64,000 nt of DNA from Macrostomum lignano (Eukaryota): positions 1-64,000 of the forward strand of contig NIVC01001671.1 in NCBI GenBank assembly GCA_002269645.1, read 5' to 3'. The position numbers were made by a program, and so were the translations under genes. Shown here one piece after another: positions 11,201 through 24,000 of this stretch. The first letter of the stretch is position 1. Each line of letters begins with the position of its first letter. The notes below the pieces were generated by a model, which was not told where the DNA came from, made no database searches, and saw only the letters and a program-made list of their open reading frames with translations.

Positions 11201-14200
11201 CAATAGTGCGCCAGCTGTTCAGACTAGTGAGTTTCGATTGTGGCTACTTATGAGTAGCATGCTTTGTATTTCCCATAAGCGTCAGTGTATTCAGTACTGA
11301 GAACCACCCTGAAAATCTCCCTCTAATCCACCCTGAGAATCTCCCTCTAATCCACCCTGAAAATCCCCCTCTAATCTACCTGAGAATCGCCCTCCAATCC
11401 ACCCTGAGAATCGCCCTCAAATCCACCCTGAGAATCTCCTTCTAATCCACCCTGAGAATCTCCCTCAAATCCACCCTGAGAATCGCCCTCTAATCCACCT
11501 GACAATCTCCCTCTAATCTACCCTGAGAATCGCCCTCTAATCCACCCTGAGAATCGCCCTCTAATCCACCCTGAGAATCGCCTCTAATTCACCCTGAGAA
11601 TCGCCCTCTAATTCACCCTAAGAATCGCCCTCTAATCCACCCTGAGAATCGCCCTCTAATTCACCCTGAGAATCGCCCTCTAATCCACCCTGAGAATCGC
11701 CCTCTAATCCACCCTGAGAATCGCCCTCTAATCCACCCTGAGAATCGCCCTCTAATCCACCCTGAGAATCGCCCTCTAATCTACCCTGAGAATCGCCCTC
11801 TAATCCACCCTGAGAATCGCCCTCTAATCCACCCTGAGAATCGTCCTCTAATCCACCCTGAGAATCGCCCTCTAATCTACCCTGAGAATCGCCCTCTAAT
11901 CCACCCTGAGAATCGCCCTCTAATCCACCCTGAGAATCGTCCTCTAATCCACCCTGAGAATCGCCTCTAATTCACCCTGAGAATCGCCCTCTAATCCACC
12001 CTGAGAATCGCCCTCTAATCCACCCTGAGAATCGCCCTCAAATTCACCCTAAGAATCGCCCTCTAATCCACCCTGAGAATCGCCCTCTAATCCACCCTGA
12101 GAATCGCCCTCTAATCTACCCTGAGAATCGCCCTCTAATCCACCCTGAGAATCGTCCTCTAATCCACCCTGAGAATCGTCTCTAATTCACCCTGAGAATC
12201 GCCCTCTAATTCACCCTGAGAATCGCCCTCTAATCCACCCTGAGAATCGTCCTCTAATCCACCCTGAGAATCGCCCTCTAATTCACCCTGAGAATCGCCC
12301 TCTAATCCACCCTGAGAATCGTCCTCTAATCTACCCTGAGAATCGCCCTCTAATCCACCCTGAGAATCGCCCTCTAATCCACCCTGAGAATCGCCTCTAA
12401 TTCACCCTGAGAATCGCCCTCTAATTCACCCTAAGAATCGCCCTCTAATCCACCCTGAGAATCGCCCTCTAATCCACCCTGAGAATCGCCCTCTAATCTA
12501 CCCTAAGAATCGCCCTCTAATCCACCCTGAGAATCGCCCTCTAATCTACCCTGAGAATCGCCCTCTAATCTACCCTGAGAATCGCCCTCTAATCCACCCT
12601 GAGAATCGCCCTCTAATTCACCCTGAGAATCGCCCTCTAATCTACCCTGAGAATCGCCCTCTAATCCACCCTGAGAATCGTCCTCTAATCCACCCTGAGA
12701 ATCGCCTCTAATTCACCCTGAGAATCGCCTCTAATTCACCCTGAGAATCGCCCTCTAATTCACCTTAAGAATCGCCCTCTAATCCACCCTGAGAATCTCC
12801 CTCTAATCCACCCTGAGAATCTCCCTCTAATCTACCCTGAGAATCTCCCTTTAATCTACCCTGAGAATCTCCCTCTAATCTACCCTGAGAATCTCCCTCT
12901 AATCTACCCTGAGAATCGCCCTCTAATCTACCCTGAGAATCGCCCTCTAATCCACCCTGAGAATCTCCCTCTAATCTACCCTGAGAATCGCCCTCTAATC
13001 TATTCTGAGAATCTCCCTTTAATCTACCCTGAGAATCTCCCTCTAATCTACCCTGAGAATCTCCCTCTAATCTACCCTGAGAATCGCCCTCTAATCTATT
13101 CTGAGAATCTCCCTTTAATCTACCCTGAGAATCTCCCTCTAATCCACCCTGAGAATCGCCCTCTCAAGCGCTCAATCCCACTCCACTCCGCAGGACATTC
13201 AACAGACGCCACGGAGTTCTCGCCGTCCGCTCCCAATCAGCTGATGCCATTGAGAATTCCCGCTGCTGTTATCGAGGAATTCTCGCCGTCGCCGAAGCCC
13301 CAGCCGGTCAACGGCGACCAGCCTCCTCCTGCTCCTGACCAGATCACGCGGCGGTTTAGTCGAGGCGGATCGACAGACAGCACTGACCACCCCCTGGACC
13401 ATCACGACTGGTTCGTCGGTCCCATGTCCCGCGAGATGGCGCGTGACGCCCTACTGGGTCAGCCGGTTGGCACATTTCTAGTGCGGCTTAGCCTAACTAG
13501 CAGCATGGACTATGCGATCAGCCTGCGGTATAGGGAGACCATCAAGCATATGAGAATTCAACAGGTCAGTTCTGCAGCAGTCATGCGTTGTCGGGTGATA
13601 AATGGGTCAGTCTAGGTCCGTCTCTAAGTTTGTCAGTGGGTTGTTTAGTAGGTTAATTAGTAGGTTAATAAGTGGGTTATTTAGTAGGTTAGTAAGTGGG
13701 TTATTTAGTAGGTTAGTAAGTGGGTTATTTAGTAGGTTAGTAAGTGGGTTATTTAGTAGTTTAATAAGTGGGTTATTTAGTAGGTTAATAAGTTGGTTAT
13801 TTAGTAGGTTAATAAGTGGGTTATTTAGTAGGTTAATAAGTGGGTTATTTAGTAGGTTAATAAGTGGGTTATTTAGTAGGTTAATAAGTGGGTTATTTAG
13901 TAGGTTAATAAGTGGGTTATTTAGTAGGTTAATAAGTGGGTTATTTAGTAGGTTAATAAGTGGGTTATTTAGTAGGTTAATAAGTGGGTTATTTAGTAGG
14001 TTAATAAGTGGGTTATTTAGTAGGTTAATAAGTGGGTTATTTAGTAGGTTAGTAAGTGGGTTATTTAGTAGGTTAATAAGTGGGTTATTTAGTAGGTTAA
14101 TAAGTGGGTTATTTAGTAGGTTAATAAGTTGGTTATTTAGTAGGTTAATAAGTGGGTTATTTAGTAGGTTAATAAGTGGGTTATTTAGTAGGTTAATAAG

Positions 14201-15727
14201 TGGGTTATTTAGTAGGTTAATAAGTTGGTTATTTAGTAGGTTAATAAGTGGGTTATTTAGTAGGTTAATAAGTGGGTTATTTAGTAGGTTAATAAGTGGG
14301 TTATTTAGTAGGTTAATAAGTTGGTTATTTAGTAGGTTAATAAGTGGGTTATTTAGTAGGTTAATAAGTGGGTTATTTAGTAGGTTAATAAGTTGGTTAT
14401 TTAGTAGGTTAATAAGTGGGTTATTTAGTAGGTTAATAAGTTGGTTATTTAGTAGGTTAATAAGTGGGTTATTTAGTAGGTTAATAAGTGGGTTATTTAG
14501 TAGGTTAATAAGTGGGTTATTTAGTAGGTTAATAAGTGGGTTATTTAGTAGGTTAATAAGTGGGTTATTTAGTAGGTTAATAAGTTGGTTATTTAGTAGG
14601 TTAATAAGTGGGTTATTTAGTAGGTTAATAAGTTGGTTATTTAGTAGGTTAATAAGTGGGTTATTTAGTAGGTTAATAAGTGGGTTATTTAGTAGGTTAA
14701 TAAGTGGGTTATTTAGTAGGTTAATAAGTGGGTTATTTAGTAGGTTAATAAGTGGGTTATTTAGTAGGTTAATAAGTGGGTTATTTAGTAGGTTAATAAG
14801 TGGGTTATTTAGTAGGTTAATAAGTGGGTTATTTAGTAGGTTAGTAAGTGGGTTATTTAGTAGGTTAATAAGTGGGTTATTTAGTAGGTTAATAAGTGGG
14901 TTATTTAGTAGGTTAGTAAGTGGGTTATTTAGTAGGTTAATAAGTGGGTTATTTAGTAGGTTAATTAGTAGGTTATTTAGTAGGTTAATTAGTAGGTTAT
15001 TTAGTAGGTTAATTAGTAGGTTATTTAGTAGGTTAATTAGTAGGTTATTTAGTAGGTTAATTAGTAGGTTATTTAGTAGGTTAATTAGTAGGTTAATAAG
15101 TGGGCTATTTAATGTACTAACACGCATGTTATTCAGTGTCTAACTGAGCACTTTAAGCACTTTAATAGCTCATTAATTCCACAACACTCCACACTCCAGG
15201 CCTCCAACTGGTACTACCTGGGCGAGATCAGGACATTCCCCAGCATCCCAGCTCTAGTGGAGCACTATAGCCTCAACTCGTTGTGCGAATGCTTCACCGA
15301 TCTGGACGCCACTCTGGCCAGGCCGATCAAACTGGATTTGCCTCGGCCGTTGCCGCCGCCGCCTCCGCCTCCAACGCAGCAGCAGCAGCCGCCTGCTGTG
15401 TACTCGAGAAGCAACAGCCAGAGCAGCGGCCTCGGCACTGCTCAACCGGCATCTGGCGCCGCCCTGCTGGGCACGTCAACTCCAAGACGCAGTAGCGTTG
15501 TTGGCTACGCCCTGGCGCTGCGGGACTATGCCGTCCCGGGACATCTGGCTCTCGTGGCTGGCGAGACCGTCACCCTGCTGGGCCAGTGCCAGCCGGCCGG
15601 GGTCAACGGCACTCTTTGGCGAGGCCGGCGGGCCAACGGTTCGGTTGGCGTGTTCTCTCCAGAAGTTGTACAGCTGGTGTCTACGCCTGGGACAGAGTTC
15701 TTTGCTGCTGGCGGATTCGCTGCTTGA
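8292..15727 (+). CDS. vav: Vav guanine nucleotide exchange factor (CH-acidic-DH-PH-C1-SH2-SH3); exons 8292/8397-10145, 10734-11226, 13194-13564, 15200-15727; ~1046-1081 aa
   Basis: CH (WRPCAEWL..LKDGILLCHIL..NIGAFLNQCESYFGLKRSDLFRAEDL), acidic Tyr sites (ESDYYSF, EEKVYDCI), DH (CIQEMVDTERNYVETL..LSEYLTVPVQRVLKYHLLL), PH (DYGRLQIDEELK..RYCFLWNRICMLVK..RRRWLEAFQRS), C1 (HYFEPATFDLPTYCSVCNRLILGCFYQGYRC), SH2 (WFVGPMSREMARDALLGQPVGTFLVR..YAISLRY..IKHMRI|..YYLGEIRTFPSIPALVEHY..NSL), SH3 (GYALALRDY..LWRGRRANGSVGVFSPEVV). GT-AG introns with phases 0, 1, 0; total length divisible by 3. Confidence 0.95.
10255..10700. repeat. Degenerate ~22-24-bp tandem repeat (GAGATTCTATAGGGTGAGATAA-like) in Vav intron 1
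   Basis: Repeated GAGATTCT / GGGTGAGAT words. Confidence 0.8.
11300..13165. repeat. 24-bp minisatellite (CTAATCCACCCTGAGAATCGCCCT)n filling Vav intron 2
   Basis: About 1.9 kb of tandem copies visible. Confidence 0.95.
13625..15105. repeat. 24-bp minisatellite (TTATTTAGTAGGTTAATAAGTGGG)n filling Vav intron 3
   Basis: Highly homogeneous copies; source of the 513-aa and 506-aa pseudo-ORFs. Confidence 0.97.
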
Positions 15728-15777
15728 CGATTAATTATCTGGGGTGGGGTCTTTGGTGCGGCATTTCTTTTTTATGG

Positions 15778-16610
15778 TCGCGAGTTCGAGTTTTGAGTTC
15801 GAGTTCGAGCTTTGAGTTCCAATTCTAGCTTTGAGTTCGAGTTCGAGATTTGAGTTCTAGCTTTGAGTTCGAGTTCGAGCTTCGAGTTCGAGCTTCGAAT
15901 TCGAGCTTTTGAGTTCGAGTTCGAGCTTTGAGTTCGAGTTCGAGCTTTGAGTTCGAGTTCGAGCTTTGAGTTCGAGTTCGAGCTTTGAGTTCGAGTTCGA
16001 GCTTTGAGTTCCAGCTTTGAGTTCGAGCTTTGAGTTCGAGTTCGAGCTTTGAGTTCGAGTTCGAGCTTCGAGTTCGAGCTTCGAATTCGAGCTTTTGAGT
16101 TCGAGTTCGAGCTTTGAGTTCGAGTTCGAGCTTTGAGTTCGAGTTCGAGCTTTGAGTTCGAGTTCGAGCTTTGAGTTCGAGTTTGAGCTTTGAGTTCGAG
16201 TTCGAGCTTTGAGTTCGAGTTCGAGCTTCGAGTTCGAGCTTCGAATTCGAGCTTTTGAGTTCGAGTTCGAGCTTTGAGTTCGAGTTCGAGCTTTGAGTTC
16301 GAGTTCGAGCTTTGAGTTCCAGCTTTGAGTTCGAGCTTTGAGTTCGAGTTCGAGCTTCGAGTTCGAGCTTCGAATTCGAGCTTTTGAGTTCGAGTTCGAG
16401 CTTTGAGTTCAAGTTCGAGCTTCGAGTTCGAGCTTTTGAGTTCGAGTTCGAGCTTCGAGTTCGAGCTTTTAAGTTCGAGTTCGAGCTTCGAGTTCGAGTT
16501 CGAGCTTCGAGTTCGAGCTTCGAATTCGAGCTTTTGAGTTCGAGTTCGAGCTTCGAGTTCGAGCTTTTGAGTTCGAGTTCGAGCTTTGAGTTCCAGCTTT
16601 GAGTTCGCAC
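15778..16610. repeat. CpG-rich compound repeat built on (GAGTTC)n / GAGCTTT, just downstream of the Vav stop
   Basis: GAGTTCGAGTTCGAGCTTT units with recurring TTCGAATTCGA variants. Confidence 0.95.
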
Positions 16611-17864
16611 ACAATTCGAATTCTAGTTTACTATTAAGCCAATTAGAATCGAGTTTTAAAATAGATTTCGATTTCGAGCTTGTCTTTGAGTTTAAATTCA
16701 AGCTTGGGTCTAACAAGCTTTAATTATATAATTTTCGGATCAGGTTAAAGAGCTTGGCTTTTATATTGGGTTCAAGTTTTGAAAGGAACCAATCTGAAAT
16801 GCTCGTAAATAACATTGACCGAAGGCTGTAACAAAATGTACTTCCGTTAAACAGAAAAGTCCCAATCGTGTTCCATAAATAATTACCCGACTGCACTTTC
16901 TCGAATCTCTTATTGGTTGTTTTAATCGATCTGCAGACTTTGCCTATTCCAGCTTTTAATGCAGAAAGCCTACATGAAAAATAATCGATATTTATCGCGA
17001 CTGTTTCCTGTTTGTTGCGGTCTAAGTAGCGCCCCGAACTCCCTCCACTTCAGTTGATTAATTTTGCAACCGTAGTAGCTAAAATAATAATAGACTGAGT
17101 TTTAAGTTCGCTTCCATTCGATTAAAAGTAAAATGTTTCAATGTTTTCCGCAATTTAATATTTTGGTTTTACATATTTTTTTAGTAATGTATATATACAT
17201 ATTTTTACTGTTTTCCAACCTCCCTGCTGTAATGTTATTAACGTGTAACATTGATTGATTTTTTTGTTAAAAAGGTGTGCAAGTTTACCAATTTTTTCCA
17301 ATTTCTTAAACATTTATTGATTTATCCATGCACTAGGGCTTTCGGTGGTAATGAAACTAATATTGATAAATTTACTTCAAATTTATTGCTAGTCTGGCCT
17401 AATTTAATCAAACAGAATTAGTTTAGCTAATAGATAAATCGTCTGTGTTCTAATAATTAATTAATTAATCGTCCTAATATTACAATTAGATACATTTTTC
17501 TCAAAATTATGAATAGAATTAGCCTATGCTCAATAGCAGTTCTTCTTATTTTATCTATCAACAATAATTTGTTTAAACGACTGTATTTTTGTAATAAACT
17601 ATTAATTTTTATATCGAGTATGTATATTATTATGTTCTTATCTGTTTTTTTTTCTTTTTGTACATGAAAAACAAACAAAGTTAAAAATTATACACAGCAT
17701 GATCTGATAATTTGTTTGTCATTTTCCATCCAGCAATACGCACTTTTGCTGCTGCACTTCATTTATCTAATTTATCTGTGTCGAGTAAATATTTCGATAC
17801 AAGTTTCTGTCTGTGTACTTTTATGTTGGACACATTTTAATTGCAATGAATATTGCCTCATTCT

Positions 17865-20545
17865 ACCCTGACAATCACCCCTAAATCACCCTGAGTATCA
17901 CCCCTAAATCACCCTGAGTATCACCCCTACAGCACTCTGAGAATCACCCCTTAATCACCCTGAGAATCACCCCCAAATCACTCTGAGAATCACCCCTACA
18001 TCACTCTGAGAATCACCCCTACAGCACTCTGAGAATCACCCCTACAGCACTCTGAGAATCACCCCTTAATCACCCTGAGAATCACCCCCAAATCACTCTG
18101 AGAATCACCCCTACATCACTCTGAGAATCACCCCTACAGCACTCTGAGAATCACCCCTTAATCACCCTGAGAATCACCCCCAAATCACTCTGAGAATCAC
18201 CCCTACATCACTCTGAGAATCACCCCTACATCACTCTGAGAATCACCCTAAATCACCCTGAGAATCACCCTAAATCACCCTGAGAATCACCCCTAAATCA
18301 CCCCTACATCACTCTGACAATCACCCCTAAATCACCCTGAGAATCACCCCTAAATCACCCTGAGAATCACCCCTAAATCACCTTGAGAATCACCCTAAAT
18401 CACCCTGAGAATCACCCCTACATCACTCTGAGAATCACCCCTAACTCACCCTGAGAATCACCCCCAAATCACTCTGAGAATCACCCCTACATCACTCTGA
18501 GAATCACCCCTACATCACTCTGAGAATCACCCTAAATCACCCTGAGAATCACCCCTAAATCACCCCTAAATCACCCTGAGAATCACCCCTAAATCACCTT
18601 GAGAATCACCCTAAATCACCCTGAGAATCACCCCTAAATCACCTTGAGAATCACCCTAAATCACCCTGAGAATCACCCCTACATCACTCTGAGAATCACC
18701 CCTAACTCACCCTGAGAATCACCCCTAAATCACTCTGAGAATCACCCCTACATCACTCTGAGAATCACCCCTAAATCACCCTGAGAATCACCCTAAATCA
18801 CCCCTAAATCACCCTGAGAATCACCCTAAATCACCCTGAGAATCACCCCTAAATCACCCTGAGAATCACCCCTACATCACCCCTAAATCACCCTGAGAAT
18901 CACCCATACATCACTCTGAGAATCACCCCTAATCACCCTGAGAATCACCCCTAAATCACTCTGAGAATCACCCCTACATCACTCTGAGAATCACCCTAAA
19001 TCACCCTGAGAATCACCCCTAAATCACCCTGAGAATCACCCCTAAATCACCCCTACATCACTCTGAGAATCACCCCTACATCACTCTGAGAATCACCCCT
19101 AAATCACCCTAAGAATCACCCCTGCATCACCCCTAAATCACCCTGAGAATCACCCATACATCACTCTGAGAATCACCCCTAAATCACCCTGAGAATCACC
19201 CCTACATCACTCTGAGAATCACCCCTAAATCACCCCTAAATCACCCCTAAATCACCCTGAGAATCACCCCTACATCACTCTGACAATCACCCCTAAATCA
19301 CCCTGAGAATCACCCCTAAATCACCCTGAGAATCACCCCTAAATCACCTTGAGAATCACCCTAAATCACCCTGAGAATCACCCCTACATCACCCTGAGAA
19401 TCACCCTAAATCACCGAGAATCATCCCTAAATCACCCTGAGAATCACCCCTACATCACTCTGAGAATCACCCCTAACTCACCCTGAGAATCACCCCTAAA
19501 TCACTCTGAGAATCACCCTAAATCACCCCTAAATCACCCTGAGAATCACCCTAAATCACCCCTAAATCACCCTGAGAATCACCCTAAATCACCCTGAGAA
19601 TCACCCCTAATCACCCTGAGAATCACCCCTAAATCACCCTGAGAATCACCCTAAATCACCCTGAGAATCACCCCTAAATCACCCTGAGAATCACCCTAAA
19701 TCACCCTGAGAATCACCCTAAATCACCCTGAGAATCACCCCTAAATCACCCTGAGAATCACCCCTACATCACCCCTACATCACTCTGAGAATCACCCCTA
19801 AATCACCCTAAATCACCCCTAAATCACCCTGAGAATTACCCTAAATCACCCTGAGAATCACCCCTAAATCACCCCTACATCACTCTGAGAATCACCCCTA
19901 CATCACTCTGAGAATCACCCCTAAATCACCCTGAGAATCACCCCTACATCACCCCTAAATCACCCTGAGAATCACCCTAAATCACCGAGAATCATCCCTT
20001 AATCACTCTGAGAATCACCCTAAATCACCCTGAGAATCACCCCTACATCACTCTGAGAATCACCCCTAACTCACCCTGAGAATCACCCTAAGAATCACCC
20101 CTACATCACCCTGAGAACCACCCTACATCACCCTGAGAATCACCCTGAGAATCACCCCTACATCACCCTGAGAATCACCCTAAATCACCGAGAATCATCC
20201 CTAAATCACTCTGAGAATCACCCTAAATCACCCTGAGAATCACCCCTACATCACTCTGAGAATCACCCCTAACTCACCCTGAGAATCACCCTAAATCACC
20301 CTAAGAATCACCCCTACATCACCCTGAGAATCACCCTACATCACCCTGAGAATCACCCTGAGAATCACCCCTACATCACCCTAAGAATCACCCTAAATCA
20401 CCCTGAGAATCACCCTAAATCACCCTGAGAATCACCCCTACATCACTCTGAGAATCACCCCTAAATCACCCTAAGAATCACCCCTACATCACCCTGAGAA
20501 TCACCCTACATCACCCTGAGAATCACCCTTACATCACCCTGAGAA
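17865..20545. repeat. ~23-bp minisatellite (CACCCCTAAATCACCCTGAGAAT)n, intergenic
   Basis: About 2.7-kb array built from 11-12-bp subunits ATCACCCCTAA / ATCACCCTGAGA. Confidence 0.95.
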
Positions 20546-20821
20546 TTGCCATTAAACCTGCTGAGAAATCAGTCCTGTAATTAATACCGTTATATTACAT
20601 GTAGGTTTTATCGCAGCGAAGTCAAAGGTTTCTATAATAATATTTGGAATAATCGAGACTTGTTTGTTTTCAAATATTAGGCAATTTATTAGGGTTTGCA
20701 GTGCAGTCTGTTTCGGAGTTAGTCTTAGCATAATTAATTATTTATCATTAGGCAACGCTGATAGCAATGTTATCGCTTCTATCTATGTACCGGCTCTTCA
20801 GCCCAGAAATGGCAGATGGGA

Positions 20822-20919
20822 GCCCTGATGTGCCAGCGGCCCAGGCTCGATTCCAAGTGCAGTCGCATTAATTTGGGGCTGAACTGGAATCTCGGCTTGG
20901 CTCTGCTCGTGCAATTAAC
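20822..20919 (+). mobile_element. Second dispersed short repeat family, copy 2
   Basis: Matches the reverse complement of 8131-8229; lies just beyond the stop codon of the minus-strand gene. Confidence 0.7.
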
Positions 20920-21016
20920 GGCCTTGATGGCCAACCCCCCAAGGCACAGTGAAGCCTACATGCCTACCGATAAATAAAGTCATCTGTCAGTGTTTATCTG
21001 CCAACGGTTTTTAAAA

Positions 21017-24000
21017 TCACGCTTGGCTCTTCGCTCCGTCGGGTTCACCTTCGTCAGCCGCGGCGCTGGGCACAGCCTCGCGAAGCTGGCGCCGACGATG
21101 CTGATGACGCTGCAGCTCCGTCCGCGGCCTCCTGGCCTCCATGAGGATGCGGATGCTTTCCTCTGTCCGGCAAGTTGTCCGAATCTCCCTAGCCTGACTG
21201 TCCGGTTGTCCCGGCAACCGGACAACTACAACGCGACTGTCCCGCTGGCCAGGCGGACCCGCCGAGGCCGCCGTCGACACTCTGGACGGTCGAGCCGATG
21301 TTGAAATTGAAATCGAAGCCGACGGAGTTGCCGCTGTCGTTGATTGCAGCTCCGTCGTTGAGGCGCCAGTAGCTGACGGCACCTGTCTGTGTGCGTAGGT
21401 GATTCTCGAGCGGCCGCCGCCGGGTCCCTGACGAATCCGCGGTCGGCCATCAGCGCGCCGCTGATCCAGCAGGCTGTAGATGTTCACCAGGGCGCCCTCC
21501 ACTTGCTGCCTGTGCTCCGCCTGCGGATTTGTGATGGCCGCTGGAGATGATTAGAAATGTTTTAACCGGAAACATACTACTTTTTACCAGTTTACTCAGT
21601 AGCAACTGCACAAGATAATTGTCTAGACCGTAGCTGCTGTTTCGTGTAAAACAATAAATTGTTGATCTTGATTATCTATTGCGACCATCCACCTCCTGGA
21701 CTGTCCGGAGGGGGACCGCGCTGCAGACACCGCGGCACCACCGGATCTCCCTGCGCGACACCACAACGAGCAGCTCCCGAGTCCCGGTGTACTCAGTTGC
21801 TCAGAACCCCCTGCAGCTGAGTCAAGTCAAAAGTGCTCAAATTGGGTCCAATGACTACTCAAGTAAGAAGGACGGGAAACCGCGATCGTTTCTTAGAAAA
21901 TTTTAGGTAGGCAGGCTTTTCCGAAGAAATACACTACGGAGATAGGAAGTTTTGATTTTTCATCAAAAAATTGTTATTGCTTTCGATAGGAGGCAGACCC
22001 AATGCTCCTCTTTTGGTATTTTGTGCCTTTTTTACAGCTGTATTGATATTCACAAAGCTTTTCCTTTAGATAATTAGGATTCTATTATGTAATTTCTTAT
22101 TCTACGTAAATTCCCTGTACCTAAAAATCATAGAATGCATTGCAGAGTTCGACTAATCGGTTTATGACCTCTGTTCCACAGTCAGCTAAGAATCATAAAA
22201 ATGCATTGCAGAGTTCGACTAATGGGGTTTATGACCTCTGTTCCACAGTCAGCTAAGAATCATAAAATAGATTTATGCCGTGGAATTTTAATGGTTTTTT
22301 AAGCACAGGACGTGTACAATTGTACGTAGAATAAAAAATTAACATCGAATCCTAATTTTCAGAACGAAAAGCACAACATATCTAAAGATGGACATTGGGT
22401 CTGCCTCCTATAGAAAACAATAACAATTTTTGTGCTGAAAAAATGAAAACTTTCTATCTCCGTAACGTATTTTTTCGGTAAATCCTGCCTCCTAAAATTT
22501 TCCTAGAAACGAAGTCTCCCCTTCTACTTAAGTCGTCCTTGATTGGGTCATGACTGTAATTCCTTCAGCTTAAATGGGCACCCGAGCGATAGACCATAAA
22601 TCAAGCAAGGCAGCATATGTCAATAACACACCTGTTTCACTTTCTTAGTATCGTCCCGAGCTTCAAACAGCAGCAAATCGTGATGATGAGGCTCCTGCTG
22701 CTGCTGAGGCTGCTGAGTTGCCCCGGATTTCACCTGCGACCGCCGCGGTTGCAGTTGGCTCTGCGGCAGCTGGGTAACGAACACTGGCTCTGCTTCATCA
22801 GGTTGCGGCTCCTCGACCTCCAGCGGGTCACTGCGCAGCGATTCTTCTTCATCATCCTCCGTGTAGCCCGGAGTGGAGATGCCATCGAGCAGGTCGTTCG
22901 CCAGCAGGTGCAGCTGCGAGTTGAGTCTCGGCGGCAGGTTCAGCGGGTTTAAACCGGTGCAAACTTGTTTTACCGGGGCAGACCGGTTGTCCGACTGTGC
23001 ATCATTATAGGGTCATCAGAGTCATTATGAGGTCATCAGAATCTTAATGAGGTCATCAGAACCATTAAGAAGTCATCAGAATCACTATGAGATCACCAGA
23101 ATCATAATGAAATAATCAGAAGAATCATTTCGAGGTCATCAGAATCATAAAGAGATCATCAGAATAATTATGAGGTCATCAGAAACATAGTGAGGTCACC
23201 AGAATTATTCTAAGGTCGTCAGAATCATGATGAGGTCATCAGAATCAGAATGAGGTCATCAGAAAAATCATTATAAGGTCATCAGAATCGTTATGAGGTC
23301 ATAAGAATCATAATTATAAGGTCATAAAAATCATTATGAGGTCATCAGAATCATAGTTATGAGGTCTTCAGAATCATTATGAGGTCATCAGAATTCTCGT
23401 ATTATGAGGTCATCAGAATCATTATTAGGTCATCAGAATCATTGTGAGGTCATCAGAATTCTCGCATTATGAGGTCATCAGAATCATTATGAGGTCATCA
23501 GAATTATTATGGGGTCATCAGAATCACTATGAAGTCATCAGAATCATTATAAGGTCCCCAGAACCAAGATGAAGCGATCAGGATCATTTTGGAATCACAT
23601 GTCCTGTTAATGAAGCTGTAATAGTTTCGTTAAAATTCTCACCCTCAACCCGAGTGCTTTCGTCTGTTTCTCGTTGACCAGCGCCCAGTCCATGACGAGC
23701 TTGTCCGTATCCTGACGGCTCAGCCGAGCGCACGGACACAGGGTCGGCCGGAACTGCACACTCTCTTTGACCGCCTCTTCCCAGGGATTTCTTTTGCGCT
23801 TCTTTACAGCTTGGAACACGCTGAATGTGCTGAACTCGGGGGTCTTCGTTTGGCGAGAGTCCAGGGGACGCATGTACCTGCAATGTGGGGTGCATGACGT
23901 TGCAGGGATAGGGGAGTTCTGTGGGGATTGGGGGCACTGTAGGGATTGGGGGCACTGTAGGAATTGGGGCACTGTAGGAATAAGTGCACTGTAGGGATTG

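Noticed and set aside
13602-15143. 513-aa and 506-aa ORFs (LFSRLISG / LINLLNNP repeats)
   Set aside because: They are stop-free frames of a 24-bp intronic minisatellite, open on both strands, lying between phase-compatible Vav SH2 exons.
15772-16716. KLELELKARTR ORFs; possible heat-shock-element array
   Set aside because: Hexamer-based repeat; TTC/GAA spacing does not match nTTCnnGAAn.
17865-20545. CCCTAAA words resembling plant-type telomere repeat
   Set aside because: They are embedded in a 23-bp unit, not tandem heptamers; interstitial, in an animal genome.
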